Source of the DNA: Selaginella moellendorffii
Taxonomy: Eukaryota > Plantae > Lycopodiophyta
DNA length: 64,000 bases
Assembly: GCF_000143415.4 (NCBI RefSeq)
Contig: NW_003314314.1
Span: 625,771 to 689,770 of the forward strand
Reading direction: 5' to 3'
Shown: piece by piece, positions 25,501 to 37,499 of the stretch
Layout of the letters: each line of letters opens with the position of its first letter
Numbering within the stretch: the stretch's first letter is position 1
The notes under the pieces: model-generated
What the model was told of the DNA's origin: nothing
Database searches by the model: none
Seen by the model: the letters and a program-made list of their open reading frames with translations, nothing else
Made by a program: the position numbers and the translations under genes

Positions 25501-26357
25501 CCTACAACAAATATATAAAAATGGTTAAGCTCAAAGCTAGCATTCATCCGCTCACCGAAAAAGTGCCAAACTTTCGACAAGCTTTCGAGAAGCATTGTTG
25601 CCTGAGAGAAGCTCCATGATCTCCTGAAAGTTAGAGATAAAGAGAACTGGAAGCAAGAAAAACATCACGTACCGGATGGATTTCTGGATTCAAGGCCAAT
25701 GTATTCTCGGCATAGCGCATGACCAGCATTAAGATCTTTCTGGCTTGATCATCCTGGAAACCTTCTGGGTACATGAGGATCTGTATGGAACAAAAGGAAA
25801 TAAATGAGAAAAGTAGAGAAACAAACACTTGCCTCGAAAAGAACACACAAGCCTTCGCGATCGATCGGCTGGAACTTCTGTAAAGTCCGCCGCAAGGGAG
25901 ACATCACCCTCGCTCGATCCAGATCCCGAAGAACATCCAGCAGCGGCTCCACTCCCGGAGAAAACTCTTGCACGTAGAAATCCTTTGCCGCGTAGTAATG
26001 GCAAACACACTGGATGCATCCGCGCAGCGGCGAGGAGAGCTTCCTCCACAAGCTCGGGAGACCCCCCCAGCGCGATCCAGGGGTGTAGAAGCGCAAGGGC
26101 TCCAGGAGCTGCCACACGACGTGCTGGAGGCCGGGCGCGCACCACAGATGCGCGCCATCGGGGAGCTTCTCCACGAACAAGAAGGCATCGGCAAACCTGC
26201 GAGGAGAAACCCTGATCGATCGACCGCGAGAAAGCGAAATATTTCCCCCAAGAAAAAGCACCCACCATTCCTGCTTGAGAATCTCTTGCTCGTGGCCGCG
26301 GAGATTGTAGAGATCTCGCCAGCGCTCCCACAGCGCCCTCGCGCTCTCGTGCTGCAT
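22521..26357 (-). CDS. SEN1/senataxin-like Upf1-family (SF1) helicase, At1g16800-like, multi-exon
   Basis: Motifs QGPPG|TGKT, CAQSNAAVDEL, DEAAQ, GDPKQLPATV, TVDSFQGRE and RRMNVALTRAK. The N-terminal W..FADAF..HLWC..CIQCV region matches the plant Sen1 N-terminus. Confidence 0.9.
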
Positions 26358-26559
26358 TCGCTCCGATCGACCCGAGAGATCGATTCAAAACCCCAGCGAA
26401 TGGAGAATGGAACACGCGCACAAATTTTTTTTCGTACGTGAAAGGGGTCGAAGGTTCGATTCCCAGATACCACAGCCCCCCGCATTAAAATTTTCACGTG
26501 TTTAGCTATAAACCCTAAGTAAACATAATTTAATGGAAGTGTTATTTTCTAAAGAGGCT

Positions 26560-28289
26560 ATTGATAGAGTTAACACTAAGGAAGCAATTTTGCCGCTGGT
26601 CATCCATAGCTCCAAGTCGAGCCCAACACTCCCACAAAGAAATCACAATCGGCTGCCATGACCAAGTTTACGAAGGCAGTGTCAAACGCTTGCTTGTCTC
26701 CGAGCAACGCCATATACTCCGTCATTCTGATTGTTCCAACTTGCCTTGGAACATCGCTGTAATAAAAATTCCAGTCTTTGTACTCCTTTGATTCATCCAC
26801 GACGTTCTACACACATTCAAATCTTGTGGGATGAAATCCTTGTCAATGGTTTTCTTACCTGCATTTCCGTGGAAAGCCACACATTTCTTACGTGTGGGAA
26901 TCGCCTCCGGAGGACATTGGCGAGCTTCATGTATTCGTCAAACGAGACAACTTCCATCTCCCTAGCTTTGTCACCCTGTCTCACATGAATGCTCAATAGA
27001 GGCTGCGGCATCCAAGGTCCATAGCCACTCCACACAAGCTCTTCCATGGGATTACTCTCTCTTGCGAGCGGCCATTCGGTGGAAAGAGTTTTAAGCACCA
27101 GTTTTGCCGCTTCCTCCCCAAAGGCCCTGTGTCGTTCTTGGTTTAGAAGATTGCAAAGATACTCACTGGGAAATCGTGTGAGATAGCGTAGTGCCTGTAT
27201 GCAAGCATTAGCATATGTTTGGATTATCAAAAACTTGCCTGAGCTCTCCACCACCTTCGGTGATTTGCGTTATAATGTGTCATGAGCTTGCCCTTTACCC
27301 CTACAGTAGGTCGCATTGCTTTCCAAGGCTCCCCCCAAAAACTAGAAACAAGATAATACTACTTGGTTGAACTGTATGAGAAAAACCTCTTTTTCTCACC
27401 TTGGAATCTTACCATTCCATTGATTGCCACTAAACTCTTTGATAATTCCCTTGTCCCAAGCCTGTTTTTCCGAAGCAAGCCGCAGTGCCCTTGCACTCCT
27501 CAGAAGCCTCGGGAACAAAGTAGCAGGACCAGCGAGCGTGGTTGGATCCTAACATAATAAAACTCTCAGTCTGAGAAGTATTAATCAAAGAGTCCAGAAA
27601 CCTGTGCACCCTTTGTGCCTGGCACCGTGGTAATCCTTGGTGATGAAAACCCGGCCTTGTATCAGCGCAGCTCCAAACATTCCGGCCATTGACACCATAT
27701 CGGATCCAACTCCAACCGATTTGCGCGTCTCGTCGTGATGCCAAGGTGCCAGGAGAAATCTCGCGTCGCTACAGTTTCTCGGGTGTTGGTGCAACCAAAT
27801 CTCACGCTGGACGCGTCGTGTTAACGGGAGATTATCGTCATCACCGCCAATGACCTGTCCCAAATAAAAACCAAGATGATCCGAGAAAGAACTTACCCAT
27901 GGAACGGTGCCGCTTGTCTCTGTATTCATGTCAATCTCCTCTTTTAACTGGGCAAGTCCCTTCCAGGATGGATCCTTTCCCCGATCAAACTCTGCAGTCG
28001 CCTCGCTGCAACGCTTGCAATCCTGGATGTGCGGTGCATTGATCGTCACCTTCAATGGTGGAGGTGTGCCGCTCGCTCTCGACTCCAGATCGCTGCTCCA
28101 CAGATCGACCAGGAGTTTTACTCTGCTTGATGTCACCGAGGTCGTGGAATTGCAGGTTGATATTGGTAAAATTACTTGATGATCCTGTCTCATCCAGTTC
28201 AGCCTGAAACCAAGCAAGACAATGAAGTTCAAGGACAAGATCCAAAACAGAAGCCATTTGAGGGAATCCTTGGGACGCTGGTCCTTCAT
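26560..28289 (-). pseudogene. Alpha-1,6-fucosyltransferase-like (GT23-like) gene copy 3, nearly full length but frameshifted
   Basis: N-terminal TM helix, LPLTRRVQREIWLHQHP, SIHVRQGDK, WLSTEMQ and FFVGVLGSTW are present. A 5-nt deletion near 27495 relative to copy 2 shifts the frame, and the C-terminus stops early at 26600. Confidence 0.8.
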
Positions 28290-28559
28290 CTTTCTGAGAA
28301 AGACGAACTAATGAGGCTTTTTTTCTAATTAAGAACAAAATCGAACGTGTTGAGCACTAAATTTCTCAGACATGCAATGTGAGAAAGATAAGGGCTGTCC
28401 ATCAGATTCAGAGGGCACATTTGAATGCTCTTCATTCTGGCTCTTATTGACTTGTCTCATTCCCGTCACCTGTTGAGCCTTGAGCGGGAGAGTATGAAAT
28501 CAATTTGTGGTAGTGCGCAGTCGTGGCAAGTGGCAGTGAGCTCTAATGTCCGTGCTTTG

Positions 28560-28890
28560 CCAACTTTGAAGCGACACTAAAGAATTGCAAAGCATTGGCG
28601 CTCGAAAGAAACTCCATGATTTCCTGAAACTTGATAAGAAGTTTGTGGGTAAGAAAAGGCCATTGTATTCTCGGCATAGTGTATCACTAGAATGAAAAAC
28701 GTAGAGAAACAAAGACTGGACTTCGCGATCAATTGGCAGCTTTCGCAAAATCCGTAGCCAACCTGCAAGAAAAGCCCTGATCAATCGATCGAGAGAAAGC
28801 GACCAATATGGGGAGATTTCCCATGCTCTCAACCCCAGAGTTTGTAGATATCTCACCAGCGCTCCCACAGCACGCCCTCATTCTCGTGTT
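28560..28890 (-). pseudogene. Internally deleted duplicate of the 5' end of the SEN1-like helicase gene
   Basis: agatatctcaccagcgctcccacagcacgccctc matches 26310-26340. ccattgtattctcggcatag and ctccatgatttcctgaaa match 25610-25715. Confidence 0.75.
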
Positions 28891-28929
28891 CAGCCCCGGT
28901 TCTGAAAGCATTATATTACTCTAAACTAC

Positions 28930-29960
28930 TGTACAGTTCGGGTGGTATGGCTTCCAACTCTAGTTGTTCCGTATCGAAGGTACATTTCGCCATTGCATCC
29001 AATGGTTTGCTCCGCCCGGTACCAATCCTCCTGGGCGGTGCTACCCCGGACCGAGAATGCAATCACTTGCATCATCAAGCTCGCCTTCTTCTTTGCCTTC
29101 GTGATTGTCCACATCGCATCGCGCAAGAACACTGGATCCAGATCTTGATTGCTGCTGTGGCTCCTCGCGACCGAGTGGCCGGTCGATTCCATCGTCTGGT
29201 CGCCCAGGCGATCTCGTGGGGTGCTCGTCCGGGAGTCATCGTCGGCACTCTCGCGGTGCGCGGCGGCGGCGGCGCGAGAGAGAACAGCATGGCGGAGGAG
29301 AGATCCCGCTGAATCCACTGCTCGACCTCGGCCATTCCAAATCGCTGGAGCTCCAGGACGTCCCTAGATTTCGTGCAGCGTCTGGCAAGGATCTCCGTCT
29401 CCTCCTGGTGCTCGTAAGAACCATAGCGCTCATGTCTTCGTGCGCCCCAAAGGGACTCTTCGGCTTCGTGGAGCTTCCAGGCTTGCGAGAAGCAGCCCCG
29501 GCTCGCGAATTCGGCCAGCATCCAGATGCCTACCAGTCGCCTCGCAGACGAATTTCATGGTCGTGCAGGACAAGCGGTTGAGGGATCCTCATCAGCATGA
29601 AGATCATCAAGCTCCAGGCGTGGAGCACCGGGAATCCATGCACGGCAAGAGGAGACCAAGCTACACTTTCTCGATGATCATCGCCCAGGTGGGTTCTTGT
29701 GTTTCTGTCATTTTTTCAAGTCGCAACTTCCTTCTTTAGATTTCTAAGGACAGTAAGATAGTCGAATCGATTCGATGGCCGCGGCCTCGAGCAAGCGAGC
29801 GCCCGCAAGGATTGTATCGCATTTCAATCCCTTCCTCTGGATCATCCGTGGCAGGCGCAGTGGCGAAATCTCCTCGCCGGGGTCTCGATCATCGCCATCG
29901 CAATGCTCGACGGCGCGAATCTGATGGCAGCATATACCCGGGCCGGGCATCTCCATCCAA
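28930..29960 (-). pseudogene. Possible degenerate PPR-like or chimeric fragments
   Basis: Only short PPR-like phrases (MLAEFASRGCFSQAWKL; IQRKGLKCDTIL), with no coherent ORF. Confidence 0.3.
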
Positions 29961-30977
29961 TCGAAGAACAGGGATGATGTAGGTCAACGTGTTTAGGTTC
30001 AATGGTGCGACTAAGTCAGGGTAAGCGCATATCTCCTCCGTCTAGGCTTAGGAAAGTGTGGAAGAAGGATGGCGCTGCCGGCCCTCGCGGCGCTGCAGCG
30101 CTCCGACGCAGACCACTCGCGCAGCTGTTGTTGCTGTCCCTCCTCCGACCCTGACGCCTGACACGGGCCAAACTTCTGCTGGTACACTTGGCCCGGTGTC
30201 CAAAACCAAGCTACTCAAGCTTTATTTAAGGCTAGAGACCGACTAGCCAAAGAGTAGGAATCTCGTGATGACTGATCAGTTTCTCGAGGATGTTGAGTGG
30301 TTTTTCACCTCTCTCGCTGAAGAGCTCCCAGAAGGCCACATAAAACAAGCTCTCATCCACTGGCTTGTTGCGTCCCGAATTGCTCACATCAAACTCCTGG
30401 GGCACCAAGAAGAACAAAGGCACAGTTGGCAACAAATAAGGATTTCCTAGACCAGTGGTTGGTGCCACGTTTGGAAAACGTGGCTAAAGTTCCAGTGAAA
30501 CAAATAGCCTATAATTTCTATAGATGATTTATTTTAGAAAATTTTACAATTAGAACTAAAAGATGCTTTTGTTATGCAGGGTGGCCCCTTGTTACTGGGA
30601 TGATGTGAAACTTGTTGCTTTCATCCCATCGCTACAATACTTTCTACAAATTGCTGTGCAATTTGCTATAGCACAGCTTACACAAGTAGAGCCTAAACAA
30701 ATAGAGCACTGTTTGTTAGAGCATAGTGAGAATTCTAGTTCTCTAAAAGCTGCTGGGAAACTGAAATGAACTCTAAATCATAGAATACTTTTGTAGGCAA
30801 TACCCTACAATTATATCAGACTGAAAACAATATCAGAATTATTATACTTGTAGCAAGCGAGAAGACTCAACCTGTGAAGAGAAACCAGGCTGACCATCAC
30901 CTCCCAGGTCGCAACCGTCTAGTTCCAAAGTACAAGGCTAAGTCAAGCCCCATTTGATTCTCTAAGCACCAAAAGTA

Positions 30978-31919
30978 TTACTTAATGGATGGAGCCAAGC
31001 AATACAGAAACTGGCCGCTATCTTCCTCGCTCACATCCATTCTATACCACTGGAGGCTAACCTGGTCAAATGCAAGGATTACTTGGTCCATAAGAATAGC
31101 CATGTACCTGGACCCTTTGGCATGAGCAGGATAAATGGATCCAACGTAATTATCCAGGTTGCTACAGTCGGATTTGCAATACTTTGGGCAGAAAGGAAGC
31201 CATTTCATCAGCTGATTGTCCCACCAGTAAATCTCAACCTCATCATTCACAAGAGGTGCCACATAGTCCCCAGAGTACACAACCAAGAGCATGAGCTCAT
31301 TGTGGAAGCCTTTGAAGCACCGGCAAATGCCATTGGGAAAACCCCATGGGAAATTCTCATGCGTGATTCCCTCAGGCCTTGTGAAACTGGGGTGTTGATA
31401 CAGCTTATCTTCTGCATAGTCGTATATATCGCCCAGCGGAGTTGTGACGCGGTTGTCTACGTGGTACGCGGCTTCCCAACCCCCTTGTTCTATACGCTCC
31501 ACACGGTCGAATGAATCCATCTCTCTCTCCACGTTGCAGCTCTGAACCCAGACCTTGCTCTTTGACGTGTACATAAACTTGTCAACCAGGAGTGTGAACT
31601 CCCCAGCCTCTGGAGCGTCCGCAATCAGATAGAAAGACAACCAGAACCGAACCGTCCCGTTCTTGTACCAGTCGTAGCCAGGATGCCAAGGGATGGGAGC
31701 CCAAATCCCAGTCAAGGGGCTCCCAACAAACCCCTGCTTCAAATCGAAATTCTCCACATACATGAGGTTGGAGTCTGTGGCCATGATTTCGAAACCCTCC
31801 TCGATCCTGACGGGCCTCAACTCTTGTTTGTGAGGCACCCACGCGTGCAATTTACCTGAGCCCGGCACCAGCACTACAGACTCGCCCGCAAGATCCCTGT
31901 CAATCTCAACCGGGGCCAT
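30978..31919 (-). CDS. Intronless 313-aa protein resembling an F-box-associated beta-propeller but lacking an F-box
   Basis: Long clean ORF with a TATA-like box about 35 bp upstream. Contains FVGSPLTGIWAPIP (cf. FV.NPLT..W..LP), YTSKSKVW and ILAFDQVSLQW. Confidence 0.6.
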   Translation of the reverse strand: MAPVEIDRDLAGESVVLVPGSGKLHAWVPHKQELRPVRIEEGFEIMATDSNLMYVENFDLKQGFVGSPLTGIWAPIPWHPGYDWYKNGTVRFWLSFYLIADAPEAGEFTLLVDKFMYTSKSKVWVQSCNVEREMDSFDRVERIEQGGWEAAYHVDNRVTTPLGDIYDYAEDKLYQHPSFTRPEGITHENFPWGFPNGICRCFKGFHNELMLLVVYSGDYVAPLVNDEVEIYWWDNQLMKWLPFCPKYCKSDCSNLDNYVGSIYPAHAKGSRYMAILMDQVILAFDQVSLQWYRMDVSEEDSGQFLYCLAPSIK

Positions 31920-34900
31920 GTTACCCTAGGCTTTAGGGTTCAGACCAGCATGATTATATAGCTCTCCGAAAAGGCGGACTCAATAAAATTAAAGTATTGT
32001 ATTTGAACTTGAGCCTTTGAAGACGAATCCACGCTTGGAGAAGCTCCTCAAGCCCAGACTTGATCGAACGAATCAGAGGCTACCATCTCCAATTTGCATG
32101 TTGAACACTTCATGCAGGCTGTAGCCTGCAGCCTGCAGATCTTTCCTTGCCCAATGCAGTCTTTGTTATACTCCTTGAGCAAGTAAACCAAGAATCAGCT
32201 TCACCGCATCTATGACTATCTAGCTGCTCGACCTTGTCGTTCAACACTCTTGCAGCTTCTTATTATTTAGAGCACGAATGTGGTCTTGGAACTATAAGCT
32301 ACACAAATCAGGAAACACATCAATAGAAAACTAAGCCAGAGAGCACACCAAAACTGCACACTGTAATCAATCTGTGCCTCCTCACACCCCGATTTATATC
32401 CTCTTACTGGAGCTGGCAGAGTACATGATGCTACCAGTGTAAAATAAAATATAATTGTTATAATAAAATAATTAAAATATTAAAATAATTGTAAAATATT
32501 AAAATTTATTAAAATAAAATATAACACATAAAGGTAACATCTTTCACTTTATTGAGGGACTTGGAAAGTAAAAAAATAAAATATTCTTGTCATACCTTTT
32601 TGGACTGAAAGCATTTTGCATTGCATTACCAAAGATGGTTGTGGCTTGAGATGCACATCTTCCAGTCCATGTCCTCTTCCCTAAGTACGTGCTCGCATGG
32701 GAAGAGCTCAGACGTCAGCTCTCGTGTGTAGTGATGCTTGCCTGAAATGTACAAAGCAAACTTCGAATCATATGTTGCTTGAAAAGGAGCTAGAACAACA
32801 GAAGATTTCGTTCAAAATGAGATTGTCTCGCACTACGAGAGACATTACTTTGGCAACCAGTGATCTACAATGTAAGCTTAGTTTTTTTTTTCTAGAGCTT
32901 TTAGAAGTAATGTTTCATGGTGTGAGATAATCTTCTTTTGAACAAAATCTTCTAAAGCTCTAGAAAATAAACTTACACTCAAGTGATTCTTCATACTTGG
33001 TTCTTGAGGAGCATGATGTAACCGTTCTTCTTGTTGACGAAGTCTGCTCCAATAGTGTTGTGTTTGGCAATTTGATTTGGGGCTGAGCTGTTAAGCCTGT
33101 ATCTGTCAGATTGCAAGCCATGTGGTTCTTGCCAGACAGTTCACGCCATATTCAGTTAGAATATTCTTGCCTCACTCATTAGCCATGAGAATCAAACTGG
33201 GCTTTGATATCAATGTTAGTATCCGGCATTAAAAGACAAAAATTTGGTCTCCTAGCTTTATATTATACCTCTTCTTAAGGTTTCTCACCACCCAACCACT
33301 GCTAAGTTACCTCAAGAGCTCCACCCTTTTAACCAGTTAGAGTGTAAAGGATAAAATCTTAACAATAAGTCACCATTCAAGTTTTTCTAAGAATTAAAAT
33401 AAACTAAAAATAAACATCTAGACATAAGACCATTGGTTCTTGGACATGAAGATGCTCCTCTGTTTTGTGCAACTAGATGGCGGGGTTGTGGGAAATATGT
33501 AGATGGCTGCACCACTGCATTGCTGGATGACTGTTGCTTGCTTGGCTAGCCCAGTTGGTCTGGGATTGCTGCTTGCTGGCTTGCACTACTTTGGTTGGTT
33601 TGCTGCTCGCTGTGTTGCTATTGGAGATCAGTGTGAACAAAACTAGCTTTAAAAAAAAGTGATAAGAAGTAGGAACTCCTACTAGGACAAAAAGCTTGCT
33701 CATGTCGGCTCAATAGCTCTATAAAAGGATGTGTGTTGCCAAGCTTTGAAATGTTTAAATTTTTACCTAGTCTGGAGGTCGATCAAAGATTTAAGACAGG
33801 ATTGGCTTTTGTAGATGTATGGATGATGGAACCTTTATAAGATCGACTCTCAACTCAGTCCAGCAGTTGTTAATATATTCACTTTACTTTTATCAGTCTT
33901 TTGTGTTTTCAATTGATTGGTCGCTGCTAGCATCGCCTTGCAATGAGGTTATACCTATATAAAAAAGATCTAAGTAAGGAAGAGATTGTCATGATCACAA
34001 AATAACCTATTCTTATTGTAGAAATATGAGGTTCTAACCTTCGTTGTCAAGCATTTGCATCACTGGCATCCTACTTGACCACCACATTTGAAACCCCTGA
34101 GTTTGCATTGAGCAAGGTAGTCTCCAAACCAATTAAATTAAATTACTCAAAGCTCAGTGCTTGGATATGAGAAGTAGAGAGATTTTATTGACTGGAAAAT
34201 TATAGTGAATATGACACAACACTCCTGTGAACATTTCATTACATACATGGTTTTTCGTTTTTCTATATAGGTTTTCACATAACTCTCACAAAAATTCTAT
34301 GGTTCGAATAAAACAAAACTAGGTGAATATGGTTTTTCAACCATGCATATAGTTTACACATGTGTTCTGACATGAGAAGCATAGTTATTAAACCAGAATT
34401 GAATCTAGTTATCAATATACATAACATATGACTTTGTAAATCCTATTAAAATCAATCTGGTTTTTACTATATATAACATATAATTCTCTAAAGCATTATT
34501 CTGAAATTTTAAATCAATGTGTTTTGTAATGTAGATAACATATCTAAGTATTAATCTGAAAATTCTGGAATAAAATATAAATTTCAATATAGATAATGTT
34601 TTTGTTCACTATATCTAATACAAAGTCAAAATATAATATAGTTTTTAATGATATCGTTTACACTATATAATACACTACATGAGTTTCCTAAAAATGATTA
34701 TGAAATTAAAACTCAATATATTTAATATTATACATAACTATAAGCACTATTATGAAATTGATACACAGTCTATGGTTTATCAAATTATATTTAAAAAACT
34801 GAAACAAAATCTTTCTTTCAAAATAAATAACATTATTATTTATAAATATAACCAATACATGAGTCTTTTAGGCACACTATTAATAAAACATAATTTTGGT

Positions 34901-34934
34901 TTTCAATATAGATAATGTATGTAATAGATAATTT

Positions 34935-35082
34935 AATATATGTATGTATATATATATATATATATATCTGTGTGTGTGTGTATGTGTATGTGTATATGTG
35001 TATGTATATGTGTATATATATACATATAGATATACATATATATATACATATATATATACACGTACACATACACATACACATA
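34935..35082. repeat. Compound (TA)n/(TG)n/(CA)n microsatellite
   Basis: Directly visible in the sequence. Confidence 0.95.
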
Positions 35083-35129
35083 AGGAACACTTACAGATTA
35101 CAGAATTATAATGCTTATAGCTAATACAG

Positions 35130-35630
35130 TGGAACCAAACTAAATCCTTACTTTGCCATGTTTGGAAGGCATCCCCAAACAATAGTAGAGTTGAGATTGC
35201 ATTTGAGTAAGGATATTCAAGATAAATTTGATTTTGAGGCGACTGATATAATCACAAATTTTGATGAGATTCTAGTAGTGTGCAAACAAAATTTACAGGT
35301 AGCTCAAGATAAAGTAGAGAAGTTTGCTAATGAGCATTGCTAATTTCAGGAATATAAAATGAGTTGCAAATGATCTTTCCATCAAGTGGGTGGTGAAACA
35401 CATTAGTGCTTTTAAAAAATAGGAAGAGTGATAAACTTTTTCATTAATACGCTGGTCCATATAAAGTGCTACGAGTGTATTGGTAAAGCAACTTATCAAG
35501 TGCAACTGCCAACTAGAGTGAAAATTCATTCAATATTTTATATCAACCAGTTGAAAGGTGTACTATCTTATAATGAAAGGCCCAATGCCTCTTTAATGTA
35601 TATAGCTATGGATGATAGACCAAGAGCTTG
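35130..35630 (+). mobile_element. Ty3/Gypsy integrase C-terminal relic
   Basis: Reads AMFGRHP, KQNLQVAQDKVEKFANEH and IGKATYQVQLPTRVKIHSIFYINQLK. Confidence 0.75.
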
Positions 35631-35774
35631 AGTAGAGTTCCCTAGAAAGGGTGATCATCAATAAAACTCATACCTAGACTTTGTTGGGAGGGGGGGGGGG
35701 GGGGAAGAATCATTAGATGCAAATTTTGACCACATGGTCAATATCAGTCAAAAGGAAGCTCAAAGGTATATTAA

Positions 35775-35930
35775 GGCATGTTAGGGTAAAAAATTTAACC
35801 TACCCTAAAGCTCATAGCACAATGGAGCTTTTGAGGTAACTTAGAGGTGGTTGGCATGTTAGGGTAAAAAGTTTAACCTACCCTAAAGCTCACAGCACAA
35901 TGGAGCTTTTGAGGTAATTTAAAGGTGGTT
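35775..35930. repeat. Tandem duplication of a 78-bp unit
   Basis: ggcatgttagggtaaaa...gagcttttgaggtaa...ggtggtt starts at both 35775 and 35853. Confidence 0.9.
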
Positions 35931-36069
35931 GGGTGGTGAGGAACCTCAAGAGAAGGCATAGCATAGTCTAAGGAAAATAAATATTTATCTTTTTGTGCCA
36001 AACCATCACACTTCTATAAGGGCATTAGGTTGGTCACTGATTAGGACTAAAATGCTGGGATGGGAGCAC

Positions 36070-36870
36070 TGTCAAGGATTGGCAAGGGATGCAACAGCTC
36101 ACTCAGAAGTTCTACTAGACCCTCTATATGGCTCAGCCATGGACCTTTGCCCAGGAAAGTGCAGTAGTAGAAGTCCTAGCGACTCTACCCCAAAGGATCC
36201 CCCATGAAGTGCAAGACTTGGTTAAGGTGGATTTCACAATAGCAAGGCTATATGAAGCTCTCGAGAGATTGAGCAACTATAAATTTCCGAGCATGGATGG
36301 CCTTCTACCTACTTTCTATAAGGCATACTAGACAATGGGTCTACTGCTTTTGCAGGCATGGAAAGATGCTCAATGAGTTGGAACTATGCTTGGAGAATTT
36401 CTAGAAGGGCTAATTGTGCTTATTCTGGAGAGAGGAGACCTTCAAGAGGTGAGGAACTGGATGCTAATCACCATGTTGAACACATCCTACAAGATTTATG
36501 CAAAGGCAATGACACTCAAGTTGCAGACAATTATGCTGCTCATCATTCAAGAGTAAGAAACAGGCTTCGTCCCAAGGTGGCAAATTGTGAACATTTGGAG
36601 AACATTTGGACGCATCTGTTAACTCAGCAATGGGCAAAGATCTCAGACTAATAGATAATGGCTTAGCTCCTAGACTTTGAGGTATGATTGAGTGGATTAG
36701 AATTTCTTGGAGGATTGCACGCAAGATTGGCATCCCGAGAGTGATGGTTGCACAAATCTTGCTTCTGTACCACGGAGTATGCAGCAGAATCACAATCAAT
36801 GGGGAGACCAGATTGAGTTTTGAGCTTGGCAGATTGGTGAAACAAAATTGTCCATTGGTATCGTATTTTT
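36070..36870 (+). mobile_element. LINE (L1/Tx1-type) reverse transcriptase relic
   Basis: Reads KFPSMDGLLPTFYK (cf. KSPG.DG...EFY), RNWMLITMLNTSYKIYAK and GFVP, with stops and frameshifts. Confidence 0.8.
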
Positions 36871-37499
36871 AAACATGATGGAAAGTGTATTGTGTGGTTT
36901 ATACCATATGCTCAACTAGGAAAAACATTTTCTTGTAATACATAAATCATAATAATTTCATGTGTTTGTTTGCCCCATAATCAAGGTATATGACTTTTAC
37001 TTATGTGCCAAGAGTGTTCTTTACACCCTGCTAGATACTAGTCCTCTTCTTGATTGTAGATGAAGACAATGGTGGGGGATGGTCTGAAACTAAGTTGAGC
37101 TTAGCTCAATTTAGCTCATGAGTTCAGCTCAATTTAGCTCAAAGTCAATGCTAGTCAACATAGTCAACCATAAGTCTTATAAGGAAATATTAAGTCAGAA
37201 AAATGTTATTCTTTGGTGAACTTGAAATTTATGAATTTAATTATTAGTGGTTCAGAGAAATTTCTATTTTTTGAATATTTCTAATGCAATTTATATAATA
37301 AAATATTGTTTCTAGAATTAAAAGTTTGTTTGAACCCATAGAAATTTTTGGGCTTTATTGGTCCCAAATAAAAATGGGAATATTGAAGTTCAAATAAACT
37401 TGAAATTTCTATTATACATTTCAACATTTCAATAATTGACTAGAAATATATAAATAATTCAAAACATTGATTCACTTTTTCATTCTTTAGGGTTTACAG

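Noticed and set aside
26443-26464. tRNA T-arm/B-box-like ggtcgaaggttcgattccc (similar at about 60777-60789)
   Set aside because: No D-arm, anticodon stem or acceptor stem can be built.
32000-33300. Exon-like segments on the minus strand (similar ones at 1650-3130 and 55200-55950)
   Set aside because: No coherent reading frame or family could be recognised.
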